Source of the DNA: Bacillota bacterium | Lineage (GTDB): Bacteria; Bacillota; Clostridia; Lachnospirales; Lachnospiraceae | Assembly: GCA_030524555.1 (NCBI GenBank) | Contig: JAUNGK010000002.1 | Location: 3,909 to 67,908 of the forward strand | Reading direction: 5' to 3' | DNA: 64,000 bases | In this document: in pieces, positions 17,281-27,152 of the stretch | How the letters are laid out: each line of letters begins with the position of its first letter | Numbering within the stretch: the first letter of the stretch is position 1 | Program-made: the position numbers and the translations under genes | The notes under the pieces: model-generated | Seen by the model: the letters and a program-made list of their open reading frames with translations, nothing else | Told to the model about the DNA's origin: nothing | The model's database searches: none

Positions 17281-18219
17281 ATGAGTAAAATCAAAGAAAG
17301 TGCACTTGAATTAATCGGAGGAACACCCATATTAAAGTTAAGCCGCTATTCGGCAAAGGCCGGCATTACTGATGCAGTGATTTTGGCTAAGCTGGAGTAC
17401 TTAAATCCTGCCGGCTCGGTAAAGGATCGTATTGCTCTTGCTATGGTAGAGGATGCTGAGAATAAGGGGATTTTGAAGCCCGGCGCAACAATTATTGAGC
17501 CTACATCAGGAAATACCGGTATTGGTCTTGCGGCAGTGGCTGCTGCTAAGGGATACAGAGCAATCCTTACCCTGCCGGATACTATGAGTGTTGAGCGCAG
17601 AAATCTGCTTGCTGCCTATGGTGCAGAGCTGGTGCTGACAGAAGGAGCTAAGGGCATGAAGGGTGCCATAGCTAAGGCCGAGGAGCTTAAAGAGAGTATT
17701 CCGGGAGCAGTAATTTTGGGGCAGTTTGTGAATCCTGCAAATCCTGCGGCACATAAGAGTACTACCGGACCGGAGATTTGGGATCAGACAGACGGAAAGG
17801 TTGACATTTTTGTTGCAGGTGTAGGAACCGGCGGTACCGTAACCGGTGTTGGTGAGTATTTAAAAGCCCAGAATCCCAATGTAAAGGTTGTAGCGGTGGA
17901 ACCTGCCACCAGTCCAGTGCTTTCCAAGGGAACTCCCGGTGCACATAAGATTCAGGGAATTGGCGCAGGCTTTGTACCGGATGTGCTTAATACGAAGGTT
18001 TATGATGAAGTCATTACCATAGAGAATGAAGATGCATTTGCGGAAGGAAAGGCATTTGCAGTAAGTGAAGGCATTTTGGTAGGTATCTCTTCGGGAGCGG
18101 CGTTAAAGGCGGCTGCCATTTTAGCTAAAAGACCGGAGAATGCCGGAAAGAATATTGTAGTTCTTCTGCCTGATTCGGGAGACAGATATTTATCTACGCC
18201 GCTGTTTTCAAATAACTGA
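17281..18219 (+). CDS. cysK: Cysteine synthase A (O-acetylserine sulfhydrylase)
   Basis: 312 aa with motifs [12 protein letters not shown] (PLP Lys), [12 protein letters not shown] and GVGTGGT. Confidence 0.92.
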   Translation: MSKIKESALELIGGTPILKLSRYSAKAGITDAVILAKLEYLNPAGSVKDRIALAMVEDAENKGILKPGATIIEPTSGNTGIGLAAVAAAKGYRAILTLPDTMSVERRNLLAAYGAELVLTEGAKGMKGAIAKAEELKESIPGAVILGQFVNPANPAAHKSTTGPEIWDQTDGKVDIFVAGVGTGGTVTGVGEYLKAQNPNVKVVAVEPATSPVLSKGTPGAHKIQGIGAGFVPDVLNTKVYDEVITIENEDAFAEGKAFAVSEGILVGISSGAALKAAAILAKRPENAGKNIVVLLPDSGDRYLSTPLFSNN

Positions 18220-18245
18220 TTTTAGTATTTTTCCCGGCAGAAATA

Positions 18246-18274
18246 TTGACATTTCCAGGATGTAACAGTACAAT
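18246..18274 (+). promoter_or_regulatory. Sigma-A promoter candidate for the peptide ABC operon (TTGACA-17 nt-TACAAT)
   Basis: -35 TTGACA at 18246-18251 and -10 TACAAT at 18269-18274. Confidence 0.6.
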
Positions 18275-18371
18275 GAACTGACTATTTGAATCAAGGGGAA
18301 CATAGGATGGTCAAATGTTCCTCTTTCTTTTCTCAAATGTTTATGATGTTGGTTCAAAATGGAGGTTAAAA

Positions 18372-20024
18372 ATGAAAAAATTTATCAGAAGTTTGTTTAG
18401 TCTTTCCCTGATTGCTGTCCTTGTGCTTGCAATGGCAGGCTGCAGCTTTGATGGAGGAGAAAAGAATGCTGACACCGGTGAAACTGAGGCAGAGGTCAGC
18501 ATAGAAAACGAAGGAAGCGAAAAGATCGTTAATGTTGGAGTAACCGACTCTCTGGGCGGTGTTAATCCTTTCGTCATTGATCAGACAGAAATTAATAAAT
18601 ATGCTGTGGGATTAATGTTTCTGCCCCTTATGGAGCTTGACAGTGATTTGAATTTTCAGGGAATGCTGGCAGATTCCATCACTACAGAGGACAATATTAA
18701 TTTTATCGTGCATATTGATGATAAGGCCACATGGTCTGACGGAACGCCGGTAACTGCGGCTGATGTGGAGTATACTGTGCGCAGACTGGCAAGTCCTGTA
18801 GTTGCAAACACAACTTTAATGCTTTACGCATTTGAGGGTGTAGGTGACGACGGCTTTGTGGAGGAAGGTGCAGAGAGCGTTTCCGGTATTCAGGTTATAG
18901 ATGAAAAGACGGTTCAGTTTACATCTAAGTATCCCATGGGTCTTGTTACCTTTATGAACACTTATGCAAGGTATATTCATACTATGCCTAAGCACATTAT
19001 TGAGAAATTCAGTGAGGAGGAGCTTCTTACAACGGATTGGTTTAATAAGCCTGATGTGATCAGCGGTCCCTTTTTCCTGACAGATTACGACAATGATCAT
19101 TATATTTCTTACGCAGCAAATAAGGATTACTGGAAAGGTGCGCCTAAGATCGACAAGCTGAATATTAAGATTGTAGATGCCAGTCAGGTTTTGTCGGGAC
19201 TTCAGTCAGGTGAAATTGATATTACACATCACACAATGACTGCTATCCCTCAGGAGGATTATGAGAGTATTGAAGCACTCACAAATGTAAAAGCTGTTTA
19301 CGGAGCGCCTATTACTAATTTATCGGCATTTATCCAGACAGCTAATGTGACAGATGCAAGGGTTCGCCAGGCATTGGTTTACGCTATTGACAGACAGAAG
19401 CTGGTAGATGAGCTGTTAAAGGGACATGGTGAGGTTGTGGATGGTTTCATTTCCTCTGCAAGCCCTTACTTTGATGAGAGCCTTGAGGTTACTCCCTATG
19501 ATCCTGAGAAGGCCAGGGAGCTTCTTGCCCAGGCCGGATGGGACGGATCGCAGACCCTGCGTTTTTATACCAACTCCGGTGACAATACCTTTGTGAACGG
19601 GGTACAGGTTTTAGTAGCGCAGTGGGCGGAGGTAGGCATTAATGTTGAGGTTCAGACTGTTGATCTTGCCACTCTGATGAATATAGCAGGAACAACCGAT
19701 TATGATATTTTGGCAGTACAGTATACCTATGCACCTATTGATCCATATCCTGATGTGGATTGGCTGCTTAGCGGTGAGGGAAGCTGGACCGGATATGCCA
19801 ATAAGGAGATCAGTGAGGCTTTAGCAGCAACACAGCTGGCCAGTGATAATGAAGAGATTATGGAGCTGTATTCTGTTGTTGATAAGAAGGTTCAAGAGGA
19901 TGTTCCTATGTTTTCCGCATACATTATCAGTGCCCAGGGGGCAGTAAGCAATCGTATTACAGGGGCAGAGCCCAGTGCGTATGGTTTCTTTAATAATGTA
20001 CAGAATTGGGATGTAGCGGAATAA
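18372..20024 (+). CDS. ABC transporter substrate-binding lipoprotein, peptide/nickel (family 5) type
   Basis: The signal peptide and lipobox MKKFIRSLFSLSLIAVLVLAMAGCS start at ATG 18372 (RBS GGAGG). Size and internal motifs fit OppA/DppA-like SBPs. The track start at 18315 is an over-extension. Confidence 0.85.
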   Translation: MKKFIRSLFSLSLIAVLVLAMAGCSFDGGEKNADTGETEAEVSIENEGSEKIVNVGVTDSLGGVNPFVIDQTEINKYAVGLMFLPLMELDSDLNFQGMLADSITTEDNINFIVHIDDKATWSDGTPVTAADVEYTVRRLASPVVANTTLMLYAFEGVGDDGFVEEGAESVSGIQVIDEKTVQFTSKYPMGLVTFMNTYARYIHTMPKHIIEKFSEEELLTTDWFNKPDVISGPFFLTDYDNDHYISYAANKDYWKGAPKIDKLNIKIVDASQVLSGLQSGEIDITHHTMTAIPQEDYESIEALTNVKAVYGAPITNLSAFIQTANVTDARVRQALVYAIDRQKLVDELLKGHGEVVDGFISSASPYFDESLEVTPYDPEKARELLAQAGWDGSQTLRFYTNSGDNTFVNGVQVLVAQWAEVGINVEVQTVDLATLMNIAGTTDYDILAVQYTYAPIDPYPDVDWLLSGEGSWTGYANKEISEALAATQLASDNEEIMELYSVVDKKVQEDVPMFSAYIISAQGAVSNRITGAEPSAYGFFNNVQNWDVAE

Positions 20025-20053
20025 GTAAAACAAATATATTTTTTTTAAATCAG

Positions 20054-20090
20054 ATACCGCAGGCAGCTGTTAAAAGCTGTACTGTGGTAT
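20054..20090 (+). other. Intercistronic stem-loop between the SBP gene and the ATPase genes
   Basis: ATACCGCAGGCAGCT pairs imperfectly with AGCTGTACTGTGGTAT around loop GTTAAA. Such hairpins commonly set SBP:transporter stoichiometry in ABC operons. Confidence 0.35.
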
Positions 20091-20113
20091 TTGCGTAGAA
20101 ATGAGGAAAAGCA

Positions 20114-21094
20114 ATGTCACATTTACTGGAGGTAAAGGGGCTTACGACTGCCTTTACAGGAGATTACGGTAAGAATATCAGTGTAGATCATGTTTATTTT
20201 CATGTAGATGAGGGTGAGGTGGTCTGTATTGTCGGGGAATCGGGCTGTGGAAAAAGCGTGACCTCGTTATCCATTATGGGGCTTTTGGGACGAGGAGGAA
20301 AGGTGTCGGAGGGAGAGGTCATTTTTGACGGAAATAATCTCCTTTCCATGACGGAAAAGGAATTGGATGAAATCCGCGGTGATCAGATTACCATGATCTT
20401 TCAGGATCCTCTTACGTCGTTAAATCCTGTTTTTACCGTAGGAAATCAGATTGTGGAAAGTATTATGACGCATATGCATTTATCCAAAAAGCAGGCTCGT
20501 GAGCGTGCAATTTCCTTGCTTAATAAAGTGGGAATGCCGGATGCAGAGGGGATGATGAAAAAGTATCCGCACACGCTTTCAGGAGGAATGCGTCAGAGAG
20601 CTATGATTGCCATGGCGCTTTCCTGTAATCCCAGGCTTCTTATTGCGGACGAACCAACCACGGCTCTTGATGTGACCATTCAGGCGCAGATTATGAAGCT
20701 GCTTAAGGAGCTTCAGCAGGAAAACGGAATGTCCATTATTCTGATTACCCATGATATTGGTGTGGTTGCAAATATGGCAGACCGGGTGCTTGTGATGTAT
20801 GCAGGACAGATTATAGAGGAAGCTTCGGCTGATGAACTGTTTACAGCCCCTAAGCATCCCTATACCAGGGGGCTTCTCGGTACGGTTCCCACTATTCGTG
20901 ACGGAGCGGACAGGCAGCTTGTGTCCATTCCGGGAATGGTGCCGGAAAGCTATGATGATATTGTGGGATGCCGGTTTGCACAGCGCTGTCCTTATCGAAG
21001 TAAAGAGTGTGACAATCCTCAGCAAAATTATGAGTTTGGACAGGGGCATACGGCAAAATGTATTGTAATGAAGGAAGGGAGAATACCGGAGTGA
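20114..21094 (+). CDS. Oligopeptide/dipeptide ABC transporter ATP-binding protein (OppD-like)
   Basis: Walker A GESGCGKS, signature LSGGMRQR, Walker B LLIADEPTTALD, and the C-terminal oligopeptide-transporter Cys motif CRFAQRCPY. Confidence 0.9.
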   Translation: MSHLLEVKGLTTAFTGDYGKNISVDHVYFHVDEGEVVCIVGESGCGKSVTSLSIMGLLGRGGKVSEGEVIFDGNNLLSMTEKELDEIRGDQITMIFQDPLTSLNPVFTVGNQIVESIMTHMHLSKKQARERAISLLNKVGMPDAEGMMKKYPHTLSGGMRQRAMIAMALSCNPRLLIADEPTTALDVTIQAQIMKLLKELQQENGMSIILITHDIGVVANMADRVLVMYAGQIIEEASADELFTAPKHPYTRGLLGTVPTIRDGADRQLVSIPGMVPESYDDIVGCRFAQRCPYRSKECDNPQQNYEFGQGHTAKCIVMKEGRIPE

Positions 21095-22092
21095 GCGTCC
21101 CTCTTATTAAAGTTGAAAGTATGAAAAAGTACTATCCTATTAAGGGTGGTATTCTTACCCATACCACAGGATATGTGAAAGCAGTGGACGGAGTGGATTT
21201 CTCCATTATGGAAGGAGAAACCTTAGGACTGGTAGGAGAATCGGGCTGCGGCAAGTCCACCATAGGAAGGCAGCTGGTAGGGTTGGAGCATCCTACCGAA
21301 GGAAGGATTTATTATGAGGGAAAGGATTTGTCATTAATTAAGGGTGACGAGATGAATAAGATCAGGACTCAGCTCCAGATGGTGTTTCAGGATCCCTATT
21401 CTTCCTTAAATCCCAGAAAGCATATATTTGAAATCCTTTCCCAGCCTATGCTGTATCATAAGATTTCTTCCAGGAAAACAGTGGAAAAGGATATTGTCAA
21501 AATATTGGATATGGTAGGGCTTCCAAGGAGCGTACTTGGAAGGTATCCTCATGAGTTTTCGGGCGGGCAGAGACAGAGAATAGGAATTGCCAAGGCGCTT
21601 TCCTTAAATCCGAGATTTATTGTATGTGATGAGCCGGTAAGTGCACTTGACGTTTCTATTCAGGCACAGATTTTAAATTTATTGAAAAGTCTTCAAAAGG
21701 AGCTTGGTCTCACCTTGTTGTTTGTGGGGCATGGGCTTGGGGCAGTCAATTATGTTAGTGACAGGATCGCTGTGATGTACCTGGGAAAGATCGTGGAGAT
21801 TGGACAGGCAAAGGAAATTTTCGCCAATCCTGTACATCCCTATACGAAAGCGCTGCTTAATGCAGTGCCCATTCCCGATCCTAAGGAGAAAAATAAAGAG
21901 CATCAGCTTCTTTCGGGTGAGATTGGCAGCAGCGTTAACCCTCCGAAGGGATGCCGGTTCCATCCAAGGTGCCCCTATGCTGCGGAAATCTGTTCACAGA
22001 AGGAGCCGGGGCTTTTGGAGACCTTTGCGGGAAGCGGCCATTACGTGGCGTGTCCCATTGTAAGGGCAGATAAGGAGGAAATCAATGGGTAA
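21091..22092 (+). CDS. Oligopeptide/dipeptide ABC transporter ATP-binding protein (OppF-like)
   Basis: [39 protein letters not shown] chose GTG 21091, which overlaps the upstream TGA (GTGA). That keeps the conserved N-terminal [12 protein letters not shown] strand that ATG 21121 would remove. Confidence 0.88.
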   Translation: MSVPLIKVESMKKYYPIKGGILTHTTGYVKAVDGVDFSIMEGETLGLVGESGCGKSTIGRQLVGLEHPTEGRIYYEGKDLSLIKGDEMNKIRTQLQMVFQDPYSSLNPRKHIFEILSQPMLYHKISSRKTVEKDIVKILDMVGLPRSVLGRYPHEFSGGQRQRIGIAKALSLNPRFIVCDEPVSALDVSIQAQILNLLKSLQKELGLTLLFVGHGLGAVNYVSDRIAVMYLGKIVEIGQAKEIFANPVHPYTKALLNAVPIPDPKEKNKEHQLLSGEIGSSVNPPKGCRFHPRCPYAAEICSQKEPGLLETFAGSGHYVACPIVRADKEEING

Positions 22093-23032
22093 GTATATTA
22101 TTAAACGTATATTAATTGCAATTCCGGTATTGATTGGTATCACCATCATTGATTATGCCATTATGTGTCTGGCAGGCAGTCCCCTTCAAATGCTGCAGGG
22201 ACCAAGGGTTTCTGAGGCGGCAGTGGAGGCGAAAGCCATTGCACTTGGCCTGGATAAGCCCTTTTACATTCAGTATTTTGTGTGGCTGGGACAGCTCCTG
22301 CAGGGAAATATGGGATATTCCATGAAATCATACCAGCCAGTGAGCGCTATGATCGGAAGTCATTTGGGCCCTACTCTGCTGCTTATGGGCGTATCTCTTC
22401 TGGTAGGGCTTTTAATAGCGATACCGGCAGGAATTTACAGTGCTGTGCACCAATATTCCGCAGGGGATTATGCGGCAGTAACCTTTTCCTTTTTTGGAAG
22501 CAGTATTCCCAGCTTCTTTCTTTCATTGCTTTTGATTTTTATATTTACGGTGAAGCTGGGCTGGCTTCCCTCAAGCGGCATGAGCACGCTGGGCACCTCG
22601 GGAAGCTTTGGGGATGTGGCAAAGCATATGGTGATGCCGGTTTTGGTGCTTGCCGTGTCAATAGCAGGAAGAAATATCAGGTACATCAGGAGTGCTGTTC
22701 TGGAGATTCTGCAGCAGGATTATCTGCGTACCGCAAGGGCGAAAGGAATAGGCCGCTTTCTGGTAATCAACAAGCATGCTCTTCGCAATGCGCTTGTCCC
22801 TATTGTAACTGTGATCGGCATGGAAATTCCGGTGCTGTTCGGAGGCGCTGTTATTGTGGAGCAGGTGTTTTCATGGCCGGGCTTAGGATTAATGACCATG
22901 AGTGCAATCAGCAGCCGGGATTATCCTGTTATCATGGGGGTATGCCTTTTGTCTGCGGTGGTAGTTTTGGCAGCGAATTTAATTACGGATATTTTGTATG
23001 CGTTGGTTGATCCCACCATTCAACTGAATTAG
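22085..23032 (+). CDS. Peptide ABC transporter permease (OppB/DppB-like)
   Basis: 315 aa with 6 predicted TM segments. It has the typical [11 protein letters not shown]-terminus and the DYLRTARAKGI EAA-loop motif. Confidence 0.9.
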   Translation: MGKYIIKRILIAIPVLIGITIIDYAIMCLAGSPLQMLQGPRVSEAAVEAKAIALGLDKPFYIQYFVWLGQLLQGNMGYSMKSYQPVSAMIGSHLGPTLLLMGVSLLVGLLIAIPAGIYSAVHQYSAGDYAAVTFSFFGSSIPSFFLSLLLIFIFTVKLGWLPSSGMSTLGTSGSFGDVAKHMVMPVLVLAVSIAGRNIRYIRSAVLEILQQDYLRTARAKGIGRFLVINKHALRNALVPIVTVIGMEIPVLFGGAVIVEQVFSWPGLGLMTMSAISSRDYPVIMGVCLLSAVVVLAANLITDILYALVDPTIQLN

Positions 23033-23041
23033 GAGCAGATT

Positions 23042-23923
23042 ATGAAACAGAGGAATTTAGTTAAAAAGGATATTGTAAGTGAAAGCTATTTTCAGACAGT
23101 GTTTCGAAGATTCAGACAGCACCGCCTTGCAGCAGTTAGTCTGGTAATACTGATTGTTCTCGGAGCGGCGGCGCTTCTTGCCCCTGTGATCGCACCTTAT
23201 GACCCGAATGAAATAGTGGGAGGGTTCAGCAATGCGCCCAGCAGAGAATTTTGGCTTGGAACGGATCAGATCGGGCGGGATGTTTTCAGCAGGCTTTTAT
23301 ATGCCATGCGGGTATCTCTTCTGGTGGGAATTTTGGCAACACTGATTTCTACGGCAGTGGGTGTGGTATTGGGATTGATTGCCGGATATTTTGGCAAGGC
23401 GGCAGATATGATCATTATGCGTTTTACGGATATGGTTATGTCCTTTCCTTATATTTTGCTGGTGCTGGTAGCCGCTTCCATTTTTAGACCGGGTATGTGG
23501 AGCATTATTTTAATTCTGGGTTTTGTAGATTGGCCGGGAATAGCCAGACTGGTGAGAGGAAATGTGCTAAGCCTTCGTGAGACCAATTTTGTAAAGGGAA
23601 ATATTGTGGCAGGCATGCCTCTTAGGCACATTTTGTTTTCAGAGATACTGCCGAATACGGTAGCACCGATTTTGGTTTATGCCACCTCTGTACTGGCATT
23701 ATCCATGTTGGATGAGGCTGCGCTAAGTTTTCTTGGTATGGGAGTGCAGCCGCCTACGGCAAGTCTTGGTAATATGTTAAATGGCGCCCAGTCTCTTACG
23801 GTGCTGACGAAGCAGCCGTGGCTATGGCTGCCACCCGGACTTTTGATCGTGGTGTTGGTTATGGCGATTAATTTCATCGGAGATGCGCTTAGAGATGCGC
23901 TTGATCCCAACAGCAGACGATAG
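23042..23923 (+). CDS. Peptide ABC transporter permease (OppC/DppC-like)
   Basis: 293 aa. The N-terminal OppC-type segment, LGTDQIGRDVFSRL and multiple TM helices fit the family. Confidence 0.9.
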   Translation: MKQRNLVKKDIVSESYFQTVFRRFRQHRLAAVSLVILIVLGAAALLAPVIAPYDPNEIVGGFSNAPSREFWLGTDQIGRDVFSRLLYAMRVSLLVGILATLISTAVGVVLGLIAGYFGKAADMIIMRFTDMVMSFPYILLVLVAASIFRPGMWSIILILGFVDWPGIARLVRGNVLSLRETNFVKGNIVAGMPLRHILFSEILPNTVAPILVYATSVLALSMLDEAALSFLGMGVQPPTASLGNMLNGAQSLTVLTKQPWLWLPPGLLIVVLVMAINFIGDALRDALDPNSRR

Positions 23924-23954
23924 AAATGACAGACGCAGAAAGGCGGCATGGCAT

Positions 23955-25067
23955 ATGAATGATCTTGAAGAAAAATTAACAAAGTATTTTAAATGGTTTC
24001 ATATGCACCCTGAATTATCCTATGAGGAGTATGAGACCACTGAGAAGATTAAGGAAATATTGACCAAAGCAGGGGTGGAAATTCTGCCGTATGACCTTAA
24101 GACCGGTTTGATTGCCTGTATCAGGGGAGAAAAGCCGGGGCCGGTGCAGGCTCTGCGCTGTGATATTGATGCGCTTCCAATCAGGGAAGAGACGGGGCTT
24201 TCCTATGCTTCCTGCTGTGAGGGGCGGATGCATGCCTGCGGGCATGATTTTCATATAATTACAGGAATTGGCTGTGCCATTTTACTAAATGAGAGAAAAG
24301 ATCAGCTGGCAGGCACAGTGAAGATTATTTTTCAGCCTGCAGAGGAAGCTGCGATGGGAGCACTTCAAATACTGGAAACAGATGTTATGGAGGATGTGGA
24401 CAGGATATGGGGGATACATGCGGATCCCACCAATGAGACAGGCGTTTTGGGAATCAGAGAGGGGTATGTTACTGCGGCAGTGGATCGGTTTGTGGTGGAA
24501 ATCAAAGGAACAGGATGCCACGGAGCACATCCCGATGACGGTGTCGATCCCATTCCGGCAGCTGCGGCTGTGATTCAGGCTTTTCAAACCATTGTCACCA
24601 GAAATGCCAATGCTTTTCATCCGACGCTGATCAGTGTTACAAGACTTCAGGCAGGAAACACATGGAATGTTATTCCGGAAACGGCCCAGCTTGAGGGAAC
24701 GGTTCGAACCATGAACCGGGAGGACAGGGCTCTTTTTGAAAGAAGAATAAAGGAGATTGCTGAAAGCACTGCACAGGCCTATGGCGCAGCGGCTGAAGTT
24801 CAGTGGATTCAGGGTCCTCCTGCTACCTATAATGATAAAGAGATGGCATGCTACAGCATGCAGCGGGGCCAAGAGAGAGGATTTCAGATTGTGCCCGAGG
24901 AAAGTTCCTTAGGCGGTGATGATTTTGCCTTTCTGGAGGAAAACATTCCGGGGTGTTATCTGAAAATCGGGACAGGAAAGGGTCAGTTAATTCACCAGCC
25001 CGGTTTTCAGGTAGATACCTCAGTGATTATGCCCACAGTGGAGTATGTTGTTTCGCTTTTTATATAA
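23955..25067 (+). CDS. M20D-family amidohydrolase (N-acyl-L-amino acid amidohydrolase / YxeP-like)
   Basis: Motifs FHMHPELSYEE, MHACGHD and FQPAEE. I chose ATG 23955; the track start at 23883 overlaps the permease gene. Confidence 0.85.
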   Translation: MNDLEEKLTKYFKWFHMHPELSYEEYETTEKIKEILTKAGVEILPYDLKTGLIACIRGEKPGPVQALRCDIDALPIREETGLSYASCCEGRMHACGHDFHIITGIGCAILLNERKDQLAGTVKIIFQPAEEAAMGALQILETDVMEDVDRIWGIHADPTNETGVLGIREGYVTAAVDRFVVEIKGTGCHGAHPDDGVDPIPAAAAVIQAFQTIVTRNANAFHPTLISVTRLQAGNTWNVIPETAQLEGTVRTMNREDRALFERRIKEIAESTAQAYGAAAEVQWIQGPPATYNDKEMACYSMQRGQERGFQIVPEESSLGGDDFAFLEENIPGCYLKIGTGKGQLIHQPGFQVDTSVIMPTVEYVVSLFI

Positions 25068-25082
25068 GATAAAGGGTAATGA

Positions 25083-26330
25083 CTAAAAATAGTCTGAAAA
25101 ATATGGTTTTTCCACAGGAATCAGGCGCTCCAGCCATGTGAGCATGTAATATTCCGTTTTAATTTTTTCGTGGTCATAAAGATAGGAGGGCCTTTTGTAG
25201 CCCATCAGCATGGTGGTTAATGTGTTTACATCAAGCTCAACCACATTGATAGACTGATTGTCCTCAACCTGCTCGCATAATGCTTCGCCGTTATGCCATG
25301 AAACCATATAATCACCTTCATTCCAGGGGGCCATCTGATCGTGAACCTTAAAATGAATTTTAAAGTCCTCAGGCTGTATCTGGAAAGGATAATATTCCAA
25401 AAAGTCTCTTACATTTACAATTCTGGCCATGATATAGGGAGAAATGGTTTCCGTAATCTCACTGTCCTCAAAGAGATAGGCCATAGGCTCGCCTGAATAA
25501 TTATCGCCCTGAACCTGATCGATCATGGAAAAGTGGGCGGTAATATAATTCCAAAGCCCATAGTTGGCTTCTATATTTAAATAAACCATTTCCTTGATGT
25601 GAAAAATATCATTTGCAATGTAATAAACAACATATCCCAGAGGCTTATGTTCCTTGTTATAATACACGGCGGCAATCATATCGTCATTGTCCCAGCGCCA
25701 ATACTCTTCCCATGATAAGGTATCCCGGATCAGACATCCATGGCGCTGCAATGCAAAATAAGAGTGTACATTGTGGTAATCCTCAGAGTCCAGACTGACG
25801 CGTTCCACCATGCCGCCTACAGGGCGGGCCTTGGGAAGCTGGGTATCCTTTACGGTAAATGTCAGCTTGTCTGAAACGATTTCCCATCCCATCTTTCGAT
25901 AAAAGGGAATGGAATAGGGATAAAGGAAGGAAACAGGCATTTCCTTTTCGTGCATGTAATTAAGGACATGCTTCATTAAGGAGTGGATCAGTCCCCTTCC
26001 GGTGTATTCAGGATAAGTTGCAACGCCGGTAATCCCTCCCATATCCATAATTTCATCATGAATATTTACCTTCATGGAGTAGACCACAATCATGGATGCC
26101 AGCTTTTCCTTATAGAACCAGCCAAGCACATATGCCTCCTCCAAAATGGGCCTTTTGGCATATTTGATTTCATCCTGCTGCCAGCCGGTTTGAAACAGAT
26201 CATAGCTTGTTACCTGAAATGCATACTGCAAAAGGGCATTAAATTGTTCCAAATCGCTTCGATCCAGTTCCCGCATTCTAAATTCGCCATCAGTTTCAAG
26301 GTAAGTATGTGCTTTTTGTTTGTCTTCCAT
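25083..26330 (-). CDS. Eis-like GNAT N-acetyltransferase with a C-terminal SCP2-like domain
   Basis: 415 aa. It has a GNAT core (VATYPEYTGRGLIHSLMKHVL) followed by a second GNAT-like region and a sterol-carrier-like region, an architecture typical of Eis-family proteins. Confidence 0.75.
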   Translation of the reverse strand: MEDKQKAHTYLETDGEFRMRELDRSDLEQFNALLQYAFQVTSYDLFQTGWQQDEIKYAKRPILEEAYVLGWFYKEKLASMIVVYSMKVNIHDEIMDMGGITGVATYPEYTGRGLIHSLMKHVLNYMHEKEMPVSFLYPYSIPFYRKMGWEIVSDKLTFTVKDTQLPKARPVGGMVERVSLDSEDYHNVHSYFALQRHGCLIRDTLSWEEYWRWDNDDMIAAVYYNKEHKPLGYVVYYIANDIFHIKEMVYLNIEANYGLWNYITAHFSMIDQVQGDNYSGEPMAYLFEDSEITETISPYIMARIVNVRDFLEYYPFQIQPEDFKIHFKVHDQMAPWNEGDYMVSWHNGEALCEQVEDNQSINVVELDVNTLTTMLMGYKRPSYLYDHEKIKTEYYMLTWLERLIPVEKPYFSDYF

Positions 26331-26462
26331 AAATTTACACCTCTCTAAAAACAGAGTAAAAATAGTATCTGCCTTCCAGTAAATATTTTACACCCAGCGG
26401 CCTGATTTGTGTTAATATTTTTTTAGAGATAAACAGGGACTTTATAGGGTGGAATAAGAAAA

Positions 26463-27152
26463 ATGAAGATATATATTGGTGATGATGAACCGCAGATGTT
26501 AAAAAGTATTTCCGAAAGGGTCAGAGTAATTTTGCCGGATTGCATAGTAGAAGAGTTTTCAGACAGCCGGGCTCTGTTAGAGGGGCTAAAGCTGTCAGAG
26601 TGTGATTTGCTTCTTCTTGATATTGATATGCCAAAGGTAAGCGGACTGGACATAGCAAAGCAGCTTGATCTGTGTTTAGAGAAGCCGTTGCTGGTATTTG
26701 TGACAAGCCATGACGAATTGGTTTATGACAGCCTGACCTTTCATCCCTTTGGGTTTGTTCGAAAAGGTCATATAGATAAGGAACTTGAAAGGACACTGAA
26801 GGATTGCAAAAGGGAGCTGTCTCAAAGAGAAATATATTTCACCTTTAAAAGCGGCGGTGAAGATATCCGACTGAAAATTTCGGAAATGCTTTACTTTGAA
26901 AGTCAGGGAAATTATCTGAATTTGTATACAGCAGATCAGGTTTACCGCATCAGGAATACCATAGCAGCAGTTGAGGAGACGCTTTCCGAAAAAGGGTTTA
27001 TCCGTTTTCACCGGGGGTTTCTGGTGAACCAGCAGGCAGTGAAGGTTTTGGGACCGGAGGAAGCACAGCTGGTAACGGGAGATATAATCCCCATTGGAAG
27101 AAGCTATGGGGAAGAGGCGAAGCGGCAGCTTGTGAGGTATATGCGGAAATGA
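26463..27152 (+). CDS. LytTR-family response regulator
   Basis: 229 aa. It has a receiver domain (phospho-acceptor context LLLLDIDMP) and a C-terminal LytTR DNA-binding domain (YFESQGNYLNLY...IRFHRGFLVN). Confidence 0.9.
   Translation: MKIYIGDDEPQMLKSISERVRVILPDCIVEEFSDSRALLEGLKLSECDLLLLDIDMPKVSGLDIAKQLDLCLEKPLLVFVTSHDELVYDSLTFHPFGFVRKGHIDKELERTLKDCKRELSQREIYFTFKSGGEDIRLKISEMLYFESQGNYLNLYTADQVYRIRNTIAAVEETLSEKGFIRFHRGFLVNQQAVKVLGPEEAQLVTGDIIPIGRSYGEEAKRQLVRYMRK

Noticed and set aside
18315-18371. N-terminal extensions in the ORF track. Examples are 18315 for the SBP, 23883 for M20, 27904 for the ABC ATPase, 38034 for PPK2, 39665 for the hydratase, 45300 for the LytM protein, 53368 for the fusion protein, 61887 for murC and 42859 for DUF368.
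   Set aside because: In each case an internal ATG or GTG with a properly spaced Shine-Dalgarno sequence begins the conserved N-terminus or signal peptide. The longer version overlaps an upstream gene, promoter or terminator.
22282-23010. 242-aa same-strand alternative-frame ORF inside the OppB-like permease gene
   Set aside because: The annotated frame gives a canonical permease. The alternative frame gives an Arg/Gly/Cys-rich sequence without TM helices or motifs.
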